The notes: generated by a model not told the origin, from the letters alone. A stretch of DNA of 64,000 nt from Tubiluchus corallicola (GCA_030141605.1 JAQGDQ010000726.1:1-64000), one strand, 5' to 3'. Positions 41,001 through 53,853 are shown, counted from the stretch's first letter. Made by a program: numbers and translations.

Positions 41001-44000
41001 CTATGTGACATAAATTTTGCAAAAAACAGGCAAAAATGCAAGACACAAATAACAAGCAGCATGTAGGGTGTGCACTCCAGTATTAACAGAACTTGTCTCC
41101 ATCCCAAAACTGCATTGTTGCAATTTATGGTCTAAATCATTTGACTTGTGAGCTCAGATGCCTGGCTGCTACACCAGTATTGCAATGACCAATTTCTGTA
41201 ATACCAAAGGCTGAAATGTTTATATTTCATTTCATTAATAGTTTAGTCATATATGCAAACTGTGCTAAACAACTGAAACGTATACCAAGTGACAGAGCAA
41301 ACTGTCAGTAGATGGAAAAGAGTCAAATTATAGGTCTAGTAGGCATAATGTTTGCAGAAAAAAATGCTTTTCATTTAATATTTACCCAAACAATTTGTTC
41401 CGACTGCATTTGTTCCACTCATGTCAATTGTTCCCTCGACACACTGACAAGAAAAACTTCCATCAGTGTTTGTGCAGTTGTTGAGGACTGGGTCACAGTC
41501 ATGTACTGGGTTACTTGCATCACATTCGTCCACATCTGCAAGATGCAATTTGTCAAAATACCATAAAATAAATACCTATTATCACGTTTTATTGTTAATC
41601 TTTGCAAACTGTTTAGCTGTAGTTCTTACCTGAGCAAAGTGTTCCTGTAGCATTTGGTCCACTCACATCAATTGTCCCATCAATACATTGACATGTAAAA
41701 CTTCCATCCGTATTTGTGCAGTTGGCAAGGATTAGATCACAGTTATGAATTGGATTATTTGCATCACATTCATTAACATCTGCAAAGAAATATTTTCAGT
41801 GTTTATCATCAATTATAAGATACTAATTAGCTATGTTAAAGCTAGCTGTGTAGGTTTAGTTTTTACCTGAGCAAATAGTTCCTGTACCATTTGGACCACT
41901 CACAGCTAATCTTCCTTCAGGACACTGACAAGTGAAACTTCCGTCAGTATTTGTGCAGTTAGCAAAGATTGGATCACAGTCATGAATTGGATTATTTGCA
42001 TCACATTCATTAACATCTGTAACAAACAGGATTCAATTATCTCGAATTACAAGTCTTTAATTTGCAATGGAAGCTTAATCTTTTAAAATTAACTGTTAGC
42101 TGCATTTTTACCTGAGCAAATAGTCCCTGTAGCATTTGCTCCACTCATGTCAATTGTTCCATCAATACACTGACAAGAAAAACTTCCACCAGTGTTTGTG
42201 CAATTAGCAAGCTGAGGGTCACAGTCATGTGTTAGATTAGTAGCATCGCATTCATTTATATCTAAGTTGAACAAAATAAAACTCAAAATTTATTATAACT
42301 GCCGCTTACATTGTTTTTGATACAAAATAACTACAGTTATCACATGTCTGTAAAATTTGTTGCTCGTATGTCAATCAAAACCTGGCAGAGTTTATTAGAA
42401 ATGCTGGAAGATTCATAAACTTGCAAAACGTGATTATGTTATCAACCAAAATTTCAACGAGATTATTCAACGAGAAATTTGTGCGGGGCTTTAGCTAGTG
42501 GTATAAATGTTATAAAATGTTAATGAGCTACACCTAGCTGTTATAAAATACATTATTTTGTGACTGAGCACCTTTAAAAAAGCTTATTAAGTTTACCTTT
42601 GATCATCTGTAACCTTATAATTAACCTGCAGAATGACGGAGCTCTTAAATGCTTTAGTGTTTGGCCTAGTACATGAACAACTGCAATGTGGGCCTAATTT
42701 TTGTCCACACATGTGCACATATTTCAATAATAAGCTTCTTAAAAACTTCTCTTATACATACGTTACATCATCCAACCATGTAGGTACCAGAATTGTATAC
42801 AGGTTTTAATTGATGCCGCCAGCTTAAAGCATTTATTTTTTACCTGAACAACTGGTTCCTTGGCCTTTTGCTCCACTCACATCAATGGTTCCTTCAATAC
42901 ATTGTCATGTGAAGCTTCCATCAGTATTTGAGCAGTTTGCCAGGAATGGATCACAGTTGTGTGTTCCAGTAGCACATTCATCTGTATCTGAATTTATTAA
43001 ATTAGTGTTAATTTTAGCATAGTCCATGTAGGCCTTTACCAAGATTTCATGATAAATCTGTATCTAATAGGTCATCATTAGTTTTAGCACGGTTCATATA
43101 AGCCTTCCAAGATTTCATGATTTTGACATAGTACTACAAACAATACTGGTCCACTACTTTTACAATTTACAAGAACCCCAGCTTCCATCCATTAAAATTT
43201 GATGAAAAACTCGAGCACTGTTGCACTGTAGCTACTGTGATTAAGTAGTTTTTCCAAATAATACCATTTAAATGTCTACAAAATGGCACTTTGCTGCAAA
43301 TACCTAATGTTCACCATGCAATGAAGTTTCATACATTAGTTGTATAAATACTATAATGTTAATGTAGGACACTGAGCGATGAAATGCCTGTTACATTACT
43401 CAACTAGAAATCACAGCTAATTCAATTAACACTTGTATATTAATGAAAGTAGTCAACATACTAAATTTCAATTATGGTTGATTTGGCGGGGGGGGGGGTA
43501 CTGTGCGAGTTTGTCAATATTTCGCCGTTAATAATTACACTACATCAACTATGTGACAAAAACAAAATTATGTTTTTGATGATTTATCTATCTGGTTAAT
43601 TGGGCTTTGTAATACCTAATACTGATTTTAGTATGTCGAATATCTGCCTTTAAGTTTCCATACGTTAATACCAGTGGAAATATCACTTAACTGAGGATTT
43701 GAACAAACAAAACCTAAAGTCTGCAGCATCAGCTAGAGTGCCAATATCAATAGGAAAAATTCCTTGGGCCTAAATAATATTCAAAATAAAAGACAATAAA
43801 TATTGTTTGACTTAAAATTGAAAATAAAGGGCAGACAACTTTTTAATAAATATGCTGTGTGGTGCAACTTGAACAGTTGATTAAAATTATTCATTCCCAC
43901 TTTCACATTCGTATTTGTATCTATATTATATCAGTTTCCATATCCATGACGATATTCACATTCTTATTCTTAATTCATGCATGTAATTCACATTTGGTCA

Positions 44001-44439
44001 CCTGTCTCAGGAGTTATTATAGAAAGTACTTGTAAAAAAAACGTGTAAAATATTTCTGTATAGTATGCATTTTTCAAGATTTGCAGTGATCAGTTTTGTG
44101 TCTTTGCATTGCCTTTCAGGCAGGCATAACATTTATCCCTGCCTTTTATCCTTAAATTAAAATTAAACAAAAACTTTTGCCTCACTTTGGCACAATTTAC
44201 ATGCACATATTTCTAGTACACATTTCCAGTTCATTCATGCTTTACATGCATATTTTACTCTTGTTTTGGGAATGATACCAGCATTTTACCTGACTGAATA
44301 ATTCCTGTAACATTTGATCCACTCACGTCAATTGTTAAATCAATAAGCCGGCATGTAAAACTTCCATTAATATTTGAACAGTTAGCAAGGACAGGATCAC
44401 AGTCGTGGGTGGGACTGGCGGCATCACATTCATTTATGT
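32061..44439 (-). CDS. Multi-exon extracellular protein with cbEGF repeats and three C-type lectin-like domains; termini not resolved
   Basis: EGF exons (phase 1-1): 44439-44290, 42987-42844 (in-frame TGA), 42261-42112, 42016-41867, 41779-41630, 41535-41386, 34260-34117, 32210-32061. CTLD1: 40558-40372, 39864-39713, 39078-38935. CTLD2: 38518-38284, 38025-37925, 37400-37281. CTLD3: 36853-36640, 36145-35971, 35660-35558. All introns are GT-AG with compatible phases. Motifs DxNEC...CTNTDGSFTCQC, CPEG...CYK, YWLG, AWVGL, VCE. Confidence 0.9.
32330..32460 (-). pseudogene. Degraded EGF pseudo-exon
   Basis: HNCHSIFANCT, then a frameshift, then IDGNFTCQCIDGTVDVSGTNA*. Confidence 0.8.
33390..33740. 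mobile_element. Old interspersed repeat, homologous to 15915-16300
   Basis: Colinear shared blocks, moderately diverged. Confidence 0.7.
33988..35299. repeat. 1.3-kb intragenic duplication, copy 1 (EGF exon plus upstream intron)
   Basis: Nearly identical to 42714-44031 at an offset of about 8.73 kb. Confidence 0.95.
42714..44031. repeat. 1.3-kb intragenic duplication, copy 2 (EGF exon with TGT>TGA)
   Basis: Nearly identical to 33988-35299. Confidence 0.95.
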
Positions 44440-44690
44440 CTGAATTAAACAAAACTGCAATGTTGTACAGTCATGGGTACAATTGGCAGCATAACATTAA
44501 CGTATATCTGAGTTAAAGAAAATGGTACTGTTTCATATTGATTATAACTACTACATATTTTCTTTTTACACATACAGTTACCTTACTTCACATACTTATG
44601 AAGTTTGGTCTGGTAATCAAAGGCTTAAAATTACTATTTATAGACCAAAAACATCTTAGTTGATCGATAGGTTCAATGTAGCAGATGTCA

Positions 44691-44838
<148 letters not shown>

Positions 44839-46789
44839 GTAACTACTGTGATCTAAAAAGTTACATCCATCAAACTGGTAAAACGAGTTACAACTGAATC
44901 TTCAGTTACACAATATTATTACGCATAATTTTTATTACTTACAAAGTCACAAACACCAAATGTCTATAACTCTTTACAACTGCATTTTCAAATAACAAAA
45001 TAAATGCAAACAACTTTTATGTGTCCACAAATATGTGTGTGTATTAGAGATTCTCCATTGGTCAATTCAGTCAACTATTTGATTTAATGAGCTATATAAC
45101 TGAGTATACTGGTTTAAAATCGTAGATAGTGACACATGGAATAAGAAATCCTGTTATTTAATAATGATACAATCATGTAACACTAACATATCACAATTAA
45201 TTTCCAAGTCTCGAGATGGGTTTATACAAACAAAGTCTGCTTTTAGAATTGAACCCAAATTCTATTATAAAACTTTACAAGAATTGCAATCAGGAGAGGA
45301 ACACAAGCAACTAACTAGGTGAGGACCCTTTAGCAACACATGAAACGCTTAACACTTAGTTAAATTTATTAGTTTAATAACACTTATTTTATATTATAAT
45401 AATATAATTATTAGTTTACTCGTTCAATATCCTAACAAACATTTATAAGTTTTCTTAATTCTTCATTTATATAGTAGACAGTTAATTATAATAAAATCAG
45501 TAAAATAAATTATTTCTGGCAAATTACAAAGGCAAATTACAAAATAGGTATTTCTGCACCAAAATAAAATTATAAGAGTTGAAGAACTTTTATATATACT
45601 AATTATGCTTTTGTAAATTCACATATTGTTTCTGCTTAATAAATAGTTACTACTAGGAAATAATTAACGTTGGGCCTACATACAAACATTATATGACAGC
45701 ATATTAGCATTTTATGCACTGCTTGCATGAACTACATAATGTTGTTGAACTTTATGTTTCAATTAAGATCGCTAATTTAACAATTTAATTAAATTAATTA
45801 AGAATAAAAAAGCATACAAGATCACATCATGACTATACGTATTTAAATAATATTCCCCGTGTTTTTCCTTAACACAGACTTGGTGATCCAAAATATAAAA
45901 CACAGTTTGGAATCTGCATTTCACTCTCAAAATTGCCAAACTTATCATTAAATGTTTTCAATAATTTTTTTCTTAACTTGAAAGAGTAAAAATCGAGCAG
46001 AATAGCAGGTTGCAACAGTATGAGACTAGCAATATTTAACACATTTATCTATTATGGCTGTAGCAGCAAACAGTCTCAAAATTACAAAAGTATTTCAGGA
46101 GAATTTGGCTCCATCTCTAGTTAATGGAGGACACTTTTATTCTAAAGCAGCTTTATTGTTTGAGTTCTCAGCTCCATAACAAGTTTGATGCGCACAAAAA
46201 GAAAATTTTGGAGCAAACAGGCTAACTTGTGCCAATACACGTCTAAAATTTCTAACACTTGTGCCTGGTTTTCTACATGATTGCTATTAAGTTGATCAGA
46301 CGATTCTGACTTCATGCTGTGCAAATGCTTTCTTGAGGGCTCAGCAGAAAGATTTGCTAATTTATTCTTTTTTGCGCTACAGACAAAAGCCAAAGACAGT
46401 TTGGAAAGTTCAAAAGTCAGCTCTTTTATGTTTGGGTGATTTTAGGAGGTGACACTAAGAATTTCAACTGGCTGTTAAGTGTTAAAATAGTGTAATTTAA
46501 GTTATGATTAACTTTTTATTAGATCAGAATTTTTTCTGTTGCCTTCTGATTTGTTACTAACGCATAAATAAATGACAGTGCATTATTCATCAGTAGCTTT
46601 TATGTAATCATTTTAGCTTATCCTATCTCAAGAATCATATTATATCGCAACTATGGTCAGTATTAGTATAACATCAACAACATCAAACTCTGTCACTGAC
46701 TCTGAATGCACAAACTCTGAAGAAGCGTGAGCATTTCTGTCAAATATCGCCCACTTATACACCTACTCAGTCATCTTTTGAGCTCCCAT

Positions 46790-47225
46790 CTTTATCTGTG
46801 AACAGCACATCTGTTCAAGCAGCACACTCATCTTCTGTCCAGTTAGATACAGACAACCAGCTAGACAAATCCATCCATGCAGACTTTGCATTGCTCTTAT
46901 ATGAGTTTGATTCTGTATTTGATCCAAACTTTACTGGTTACAATGGGGCTGCAGGACCTTTTCAAGCAGTTGTCAACATGGGCTTTGTACAGCCTCCCCA
47001 AAGAAAAGGTCGAATCCCACAGTATTCTAAAAACAGACTTCTGGAATTGCAACAGAAATTCAATGACCTTGAAGCCCTTAAAGTCATTGTGCGCCCTGAA
47101 GATGTTCCTATCACAGTCGAGTATCGCAACCCCTCTTTCCCCGTGAACAAACCATAAGGTGGTTCACGCCTTGTCACTGCTTTCACTGAAGTTGCTCAGA
47201 ATAGTAAACCACAACCGGCACTTAG
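46790..47225 (+). mobile_element. Ty3/Gypsy-type pol fragment (region leading into reverse transcriptase)
   Basis: EFDSVF...PPQRKGRIPQYSKNRLLELQQKFNDLE...EYRNPSFPVNKP*GGSRLVTAF...KPQP matches the xSPxxxVxKxxGxxRLxxD-type start of Gypsy RT; contains an internal stop. Confidence 0.85.
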
Positions 47226-49718
47226 TTTCATTGTGAACACTCTACCCTGCAATTTCCCGTGTCACCATGACCCCTGCCTGCTAGTTTCATTGTGAACACT
47301 CTACCCTGCAATTTGCCAGGTCACCATGACCCCTACCTGCTAGCTTCATTGCGAACACTCTACCCTGCAATTTCCCGGGTCATCATGACCCCTGCCTGCT
47401 AGTTTCATTGTGAACACTCTACCCTGCAATTTCCCGGGTCATCATGACCCCTGCCTGCTAGTTTCATTGTGAACACTCTACCCTGCAATTTCCCGGGTCA
47501 CCATGACCCCTACCTGCTGGTTTCATTGTGAACACTCAACCCTGCAATTTGCAGGGTCACCATGACCCCTACCTGCTAGTTTCATTGTGAACACTCAATC
47601 CTGCAATTTGCCAGGTCACCATGACCCCTACCTGGTAGATTCATTGTGAACACTCTACCCTGCAATTTGCTGGGTCACCATGATCCCTACCTGATAGTTT
47701 CATTGTGAACACTCTACCCTGCAATTTGCTGGGTCACCATGACCCCAACCTGCTGGTTTCATTGTGAACACTCCACCTGCAATTTGCTGGAACACCATGA
47801 CCCCTACCTGATAGTTTCATTGTGAAAACTCAACCATGCAATTTGCTGGGTCGCCATGACCCCTACCTGCTAGTTTCATTGTGAAAACTCAACCCTGCAA
47901 TTTGCTGGGTCGCAATGACCCCTACCTGCTAGTTTCATTGTGAACACTCTACCCTGCAATTTGCCGTGTCACCATGACCCCTACCTGCTAGTTTCATTGT
48001 GAACACTCAATCTTGCAATTTGCTGGGTCACCATGACCCCTACCTGCTAGTTTCATTGTGAACACTCAATCTTGCAATTTGCTGGGTCACTATAACCCCT
48101 ACCTGCTAGTTTCATTGTGAACACTTAAACCTGCAATTTCCCGGGTCACCATGACCCCTACCTGCTAGTTTTCATTATGAACACTCTACCCTGCAATTTG
48201 CTGGGTCGCCATGACCCCTACCTGCTAGTTTCATTGTGAGCACTCTACCCTGCAATTTGCCAGGTCACAATGACCCCTACCTGCTAGTTTCATTGTGAAC
48301 ACTCAACCCTGCAATTTCCCGGGTCATCATGACCCCTGCCTGCTAGTTTCATTGTGAGCACTCCACCTGCAATTTGCCGGGTCACCATGACCCCTACCTG
48401 CTAGTTTCATTGTGAACACTCTACCCTGCAATTTGCCAGGTCGCCATGACCCCTACCTGCTAGTTTCATTGTGAACACTCAATCCTGCAATTTGCAGGGT
48501 CACCATGACCCCAACCTGCTAGTTTCATTGTGAACACTCTACCCTGCAATTTGCCGGGTCACCATGACCCCTACCTGCTAGTTTCATTGTAAACACTCTA
48601 CCCTGCAATTTGCCAGGTCGCCATGACCCCTACCTGCTAGTTTCATTGTGAACACTCAATCCTGCAATTTGCAGGGTCACCATGACCCCTACCTGCTAGT
48701 TTTCATTGTGAACACTCTACCCTGCAATTTGCCGGGTCGCCATGACCCCTACCTGCTAGTTTCATTGTGAACAATCTACCCTGCAATTTCCTGGGTCACC
48801 ATGACCTCTACCTGCTAGTTTCATTGTGAACACTCAACCCTGCAACTTGCTGGGTCACCATGACCCCAACCTGCTGGTTTCATTGTGAAAAGTCAACCCT
48901 GCAACTTGCTGGGTCACCATGACCCCAACCTGCTGGTTTCATTGTGAACACTCTACCATGCAATTTGCAGGGTCACCATGACCCCTACCTGCTAGTTTCA
49001 TTGTGAAAACTCAACCCTGCAATTTCCCGGGTCACCATGACCCCTACCTGCTAGTTTCATTGTGAAAAGTCAACCCTGCAACTTGCTGGGTCACCATGAC
49101 CCGAACCTGCTGGTTTCATTGTGAGCACTCTACCCTGCAATTTGCTGGGTCACCATGACCCAGGGACCTGCTAGTTTCATTATGAACACTCAGCCCTGCA
49201 ATTTCCCGGGTCATCATGACCCCTACCTGCTAGTTTCATTATGAACACTCTACTCTGCAATTTGCTAGGTCACAATGACCCCTACCTGCTAGTTTCATTG
49301 TGAGCACTCTACCCTACAATTTTCCGGGTCACCATGACCCCTACTTGCTAGTTTCATTGTGAACACTCTACCCTGCAATTTCCCGGGTCACCATGACTCC
49401 TACCTGCTAGTTTCATTGTGAACACTCTCCCCTGCAATTTGCCGGGTCACCATGACCCCTACCAGCTAGTTTCATTGTGAAAACTCAACCCTGCAACTTG
49501 CCGGGTCATCATGACCCCTACCTGATTGTTTCATTGTGAACACTCTACCCTGCAATTTCCCGGGTCACCATGACCCCTGCCTGCTAGTTTCATTGTGAAC
49601 ACTCTACCCTGCAATAGTTTCATTGTGAACTCTCTACCCTGCAATTTGCCGGGTCGCCATGACCCCTACCTGCTAGTTTCATTGTGAACAATCTACCCTG
49701 CAATTTGCCGGGTCGCCA
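47222..49718. repeat. 59-bp tandem satellite, about 42 copies
   Basis: Consensus tagtttcattgtgaacactctaccctgcaatttgccgggtcaccatgacccctacctgc; no spacers. Confidence 0.97.
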
Positions 49719-49866
49719 TTAGAGCAAGAGAAAATAAGAGCTTGCAATCAATGCACATTTGAAAAAAATGAATGTTTCACGAATAGCTCAAAATAAAAAA
49801 ATGTACATTATCAATTTTGTTTCATTTTTCGTGACCAAAGAAATGGTTTTGCGTTTTACAGTTTGG

Positions 49867-50044
49867 GTTTCATTTCGTTTGCGATAGAGGGCAGCAGCTT
49901 ACAACTTGATTTCTCAAGGCAAACTGAGAGTCCGGGCGATTCCTATGTTTTAAGTTTCATTTCGTTTGTGATAGAGGGCAGCAGCTTACAACTTGAATTC
50001 TCAAGTCAAACTGAGAGTCTGGGCGATTCTTATATTTTAAGTTT
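49867..50044. repeat. 87-bp tandem duplication, 2 copies
   Basis: gtttcatttcgtttg...gatagagggcagcagcttacaacttga repeated at 49867 and 49954. Confidence 0.9.
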
Positions 50045-50629
50045 GGAATTTTTTGTGAGTTTAATGAATGTAATAACAATATTTTAAATTTGTATCATTA
50101 ACAATAATTATGTGTGTGTGCTTGCAAATCAAACGGGATTTGCTATGCAAGAACACATATCACATGATTTTATTAAAATAACGTAGAACTGTTGATAAAA
50201 TTGCAGCCGAACTGCAATACGTAGATCACAAAATGTCAACCAACTTTCGGGATTCACCTCGCAATGATCAAGGAGGCGCTCAAAACAAAACAAAACACAT
50301 TTCCTGTTTTCTGTTTCTTTTTTTTTGACTGCCCTTTCTGTTTTCTAACATACATTTCATCTGCCTACTGCTATTTACTGCAGGAAACAAATCGGGTTTC
50401 TCTCAGGTTATCCACACTTAGAGGAAGCCATGTAATTAGAACTGACTTGCTCTGTCGAAGTTATTGCACAAATTTTTAACATGACAAGCCTTGAAAGGCC
50501 AATGCATAAAATAATAATCATGCAGCTACGTAGTGCTTGTTCAATTGTAGATGGTGTTACAGTTATATCACAATGTCACATAAATAGAACTTAACCGAAG
50601 CAGAATTGAAGCAAAAAAACTGCGCAATT

Positions 50630-50939
50630 GAATAGTAATAGTGATAGTGATAGTGATAGTGATAGTAATAGTAATAGTAATAGTAATAGTAATAGTAATA
50701 GTAATAGTAATAGTAATAGTAATAGTAATAGTAATAGTAATAGTAATAGTAATAGTAATAGTAATAGTAATAGTAATAGTGATAGTGATAGTGATAGTGA
50801 TAGTGATAGTGATAGTGATAGTGATAGTGATAGTGATAGTGATAGTGATAGTAATAGTAATAGTAATAGTAATAGTAATAGTAATAGTAATAGTAATAGT
50901 AATAGTAATAGTGGTAGTGGTAGTGGTAGTGGTAGCGAT

Positions 50940-50989
<50 letters not shown>

Positions 50990-52041
50990 TGATAGTGATA
51001 GTGATTCTGATATTGATGGTGATGCTGATATTGATAGTGATAGTGATAGAAATAGTAATAATAATGTAATAGTAACACCAATGTAATTAGTAATACTAAT
51101 GTAATGTAATAATAATAGTAATTGTAATTGTAATAGTAACAGTAACATTAACAGTAATAGTAAAAATGATAGTGATGGTGATGGTGATGGTAATGGTAAT
51201 GGTAATGGTAATGGTAATGGTAATACTAATACTAATACTAATACTAATACTAATACTAATACTAATACTAATACTAATACCAATACAAATACAAATACCA
51301 ATACAAATACCAATACCAATACCAATACCAATACTAATACTAATACTGATACTAATACTAATACTAATACTAATACTAATACTAATACTAATACTAATAC
51401 TCATAGTAACAGTAACAGTAATAGTAATAGATTAGTAATTGTAATTGTAATTGTAATTGTAATTGTAATTGTAATTGTAATTGTAATTGTAATTGTAATT
51501 GTAATTGTAATTGTAATTGTAATTGTAATTGTAATTGTAATTGTAATTGTAATTGTAATTGTAATTGTAATTGTAATTGTAATTGTAATTGTAATTGTAA
51601 TTGTAATTGTAATTGTAATTGTAATTGTAATTGTAATTGTAATTGTAATTGTAATTGTAATTGTAATTGTAATTGTAATTGTAATTGTAATTGTAATTGT
51701 AATTGTAATTGTAATTGTAATTGTAATTGTAATTGTAATTGTAATTGTAATTGTAATTGTAATTGTAATTGTAATTGTAATTGTAATTGTAATTGTAATT
51801 GTAATTGTAATTGTAACTGTAATTGTAATTGTAATTGTAATTGTAATTGTAATTGTAATTGTAATTGTAATTGTAATTGTAATTGTAATTGTAATTGTAA
51901 TTGTAATTGTAATTGTAATTGTAATTGTAATTGTAATTGTAATTGTAATTGTAATTGTAATTGTAATTGTAACTGTAACTGTAACTGTAACTGTAACTGT
52001 AACTGTAACTGTAACTGTAACTGTAATTGTAATTGTAATTG
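50630..52041. repeat. Compound hexanucleotide microsatellite
   Basis: Blocks of ATAGTG, ATAGTA, ACAGCG, ATGGTA, ATACTA, ATTGTA (about 90 copies) and ACTGTA. Confidence 0.97.
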
Positions 52042-52394
52042 CGTTAGCAATAATATTAGTAATGCAATAGGTAACAATAATATTAATACGAATAGTAAAA
52101 GAAAATGCATCAAGTCTGAACCATTAAAAAATTACAGGTGAAACAATGGTGCAGCCATGAAAATTTCTGCTGTATACATATATAATTTTGCTTTTATAAA
52201 ATAAGCAAAATTTTCATTCCAAACTAACACATCAGCACAAAATCTACGTAAAAAACAATTTAAATAGAATCCACAGACTTAATAAAATGTAAGAATTAGT
52301 GATAAGTTAAAAAATGAAAGAAAATGGTTATTAGTAAATATTCATAAATTATAATATTTGCACTGAATGGAACATTTTTTGAATTTATTATTCC

Positions 52395-52525
52395 AAGTCT
52401 AATGTTTGGAAATGAACCAATTAAATATGTGAATAGAACTCATGTATTAGGAGTAAATGTTGATAATGAACTTAAATTTGAAGCGCACGCAACTACTACG
52501 AGACAGAGAGCTTGGAATAAATGGT
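52395..52525 (+). mobile_element. Non-LTR retrotransposon (LINE) RT C-terminal remnant
   Basis: NEPIKYVNRTHVLGVNVDNELKFEAH...RA matches the I..V....LGV..D..L.F..H motif of CR1/L2/Jockey-type RTs. Confidence 0.7.
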
Positions 52526-53013
52526 CGTATATAATAATAAAACTACATAAAACTAAGGTCGTACAAACGTACATGTATACAAACCTAGTACAACGTCTTA
52601 CATAAAACTAAGGTCGTAAAAACGTATTTTAGTGAGATTAAAAATAAATGCTAAAAATTTAATGAAATCTGAGTATATAAAAAAATTAACTAAGTAAACG
52701 CTCACGCATGTAAAAACGTAAGTTAAAGTTTTAATAATTTCAATAACGAAAACCTAGTATAAACCTACGCAATGAAAACTTTGCTTCCCCCCATATTTGA
52801 GGTTTTAGCGATGATGACATCATTAAACACAGCTACGTTGATTGACTGTATTGGAAGTAAGAGCTTCCCCACTATTTTGCCCATGCTGTCCACCAGGCCA
52901 CGCAAATCGAAAAGCAAGGATGAGAACAGGTCGAACAACTAGATTGCATTCGCGCATAAGGTGAAACACCGGCAACATATAACTCACCCACGCAATTCCA
53001 AAGCAATGTTGTA

Positions 53014-53853
53014 CTATTCCGAACTATTTTGCCCCTGCTGTCCACCAGGCCACGCAAATCGAAAAGCAAGGATGAGAACAGGTCGTACAACTAGATTGCC
53101 TTCGCGCATAAGGTGAAACACCGGCAACATATAACTCACCCACGCAATTTCAAAGAAATGTTGTACTATTTCACCAACAAAAATGGGCGTGACTAAAATA
53201 ACAAATGCTAGGGAGATGAGTCCGACACCGATGTGGTGTTTCGTGGTGGCTTCGTAATCGTTGACATTGTTGCTCTTTCTCACCAGTTTGCAGATGATGA
53301 ACAGCCACAGTGCAAAAAGTGCCAAAAACGGGAACACTAGGCTAACCAAGAAAGGTACCCACATATCAATGGCCCAAGTGTGGTCCATCATCCATGTGCA
53401 ATCTGTGTGAGTTTCCGAAGTTTTCACTGTGGTGGCTACAAACAACATGAAGGTGAATATGGCAGCACCACTGATCCACAATGCAGGTAAAACCAAAACA
53501 TACCACCAGCGCAATGTGGTTTTTCCAGTAGAAAGTGCAATCAGTTTATCCACAACTAATGTGATGATGGTACAAGCAGATACGAACCAATGAATTCGAG
53601 TGATGTAAATGTCAGCCTTGCAAGTCGACTCGCTGAATTTCCACGTGTCGTTGAAGACATAACTTATAGTTAGTGACAGAAGAACAGCTGTTAACAGGTC
53701 GCATACGGCCATGTTTGTCACAATGATTCCTGTGTTGGTGAGAGTTTTCTTCTTCAAGACCCAAACTAAGTGAACAATGATGACACCAAGGTTCAAACAC
53801 ATGGAAACAACTGCTATAATGGTTAAAATGGAGGCATAAGTAACACTCTCCAT
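53014..53853 (-). CDS. Intronless class A (rhodopsin-like) orphan GPCR, copy 1, with a shortened C-tail
   Basis: Seven hydrophobic segments from MESVTY; NMAVCDLL (TM2), W.F...CK (ECL1/TM3), DKL at the DRY position, W in TM4, ECL2 Cys, P in TM5 and TM6. Confidence 0.9.
   Translation of the reverse strand: MESVTYASILTIIAVVSMCLNLGVIIVHLVWVLKKKTLTNTGIIVTNMAVCDLLTAVLLSLTISYVFNDTWKFSESTCKADIYITRIHWFVSACTIITLVVDKLIALSTGKTTLRWWYVLVLPALWISGAAIFTFMLFVATTVKTSETHTDCTWMMDHTWAIDMWVPFLVSLVFPFLALFALWLFIICKLVRKSNNVNDYEATTKHHIGVGLISLAFVILVTPIFVGEIVQHFFEIAWVSYMLPVFHLMREGNLVVRPVLILAFRFAWPGGQQGQNSSE

Noticed and set aside
46142-46393. 83-aa ORF as the 5' exon of the lectin gene or a death-like domain
   Set aside because: No signal peptide, no convincing splice sites, and only a vague motif resemblance.
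47222-49718. CRISPR-like array (also considered for 55229-57015 and 22672-23525)
   Set aside because: Units are contiguous with no unique spacers, there are no cas genes, and the context is eukaryotic.
50563-52113. Ser-Asp/Ser-Asn, LQ and IV repeat proteins, or a telomeric array
   Set aside because: Products of hexamer microsatellites; the units are not TTAGGG-like and the array is interstitial.
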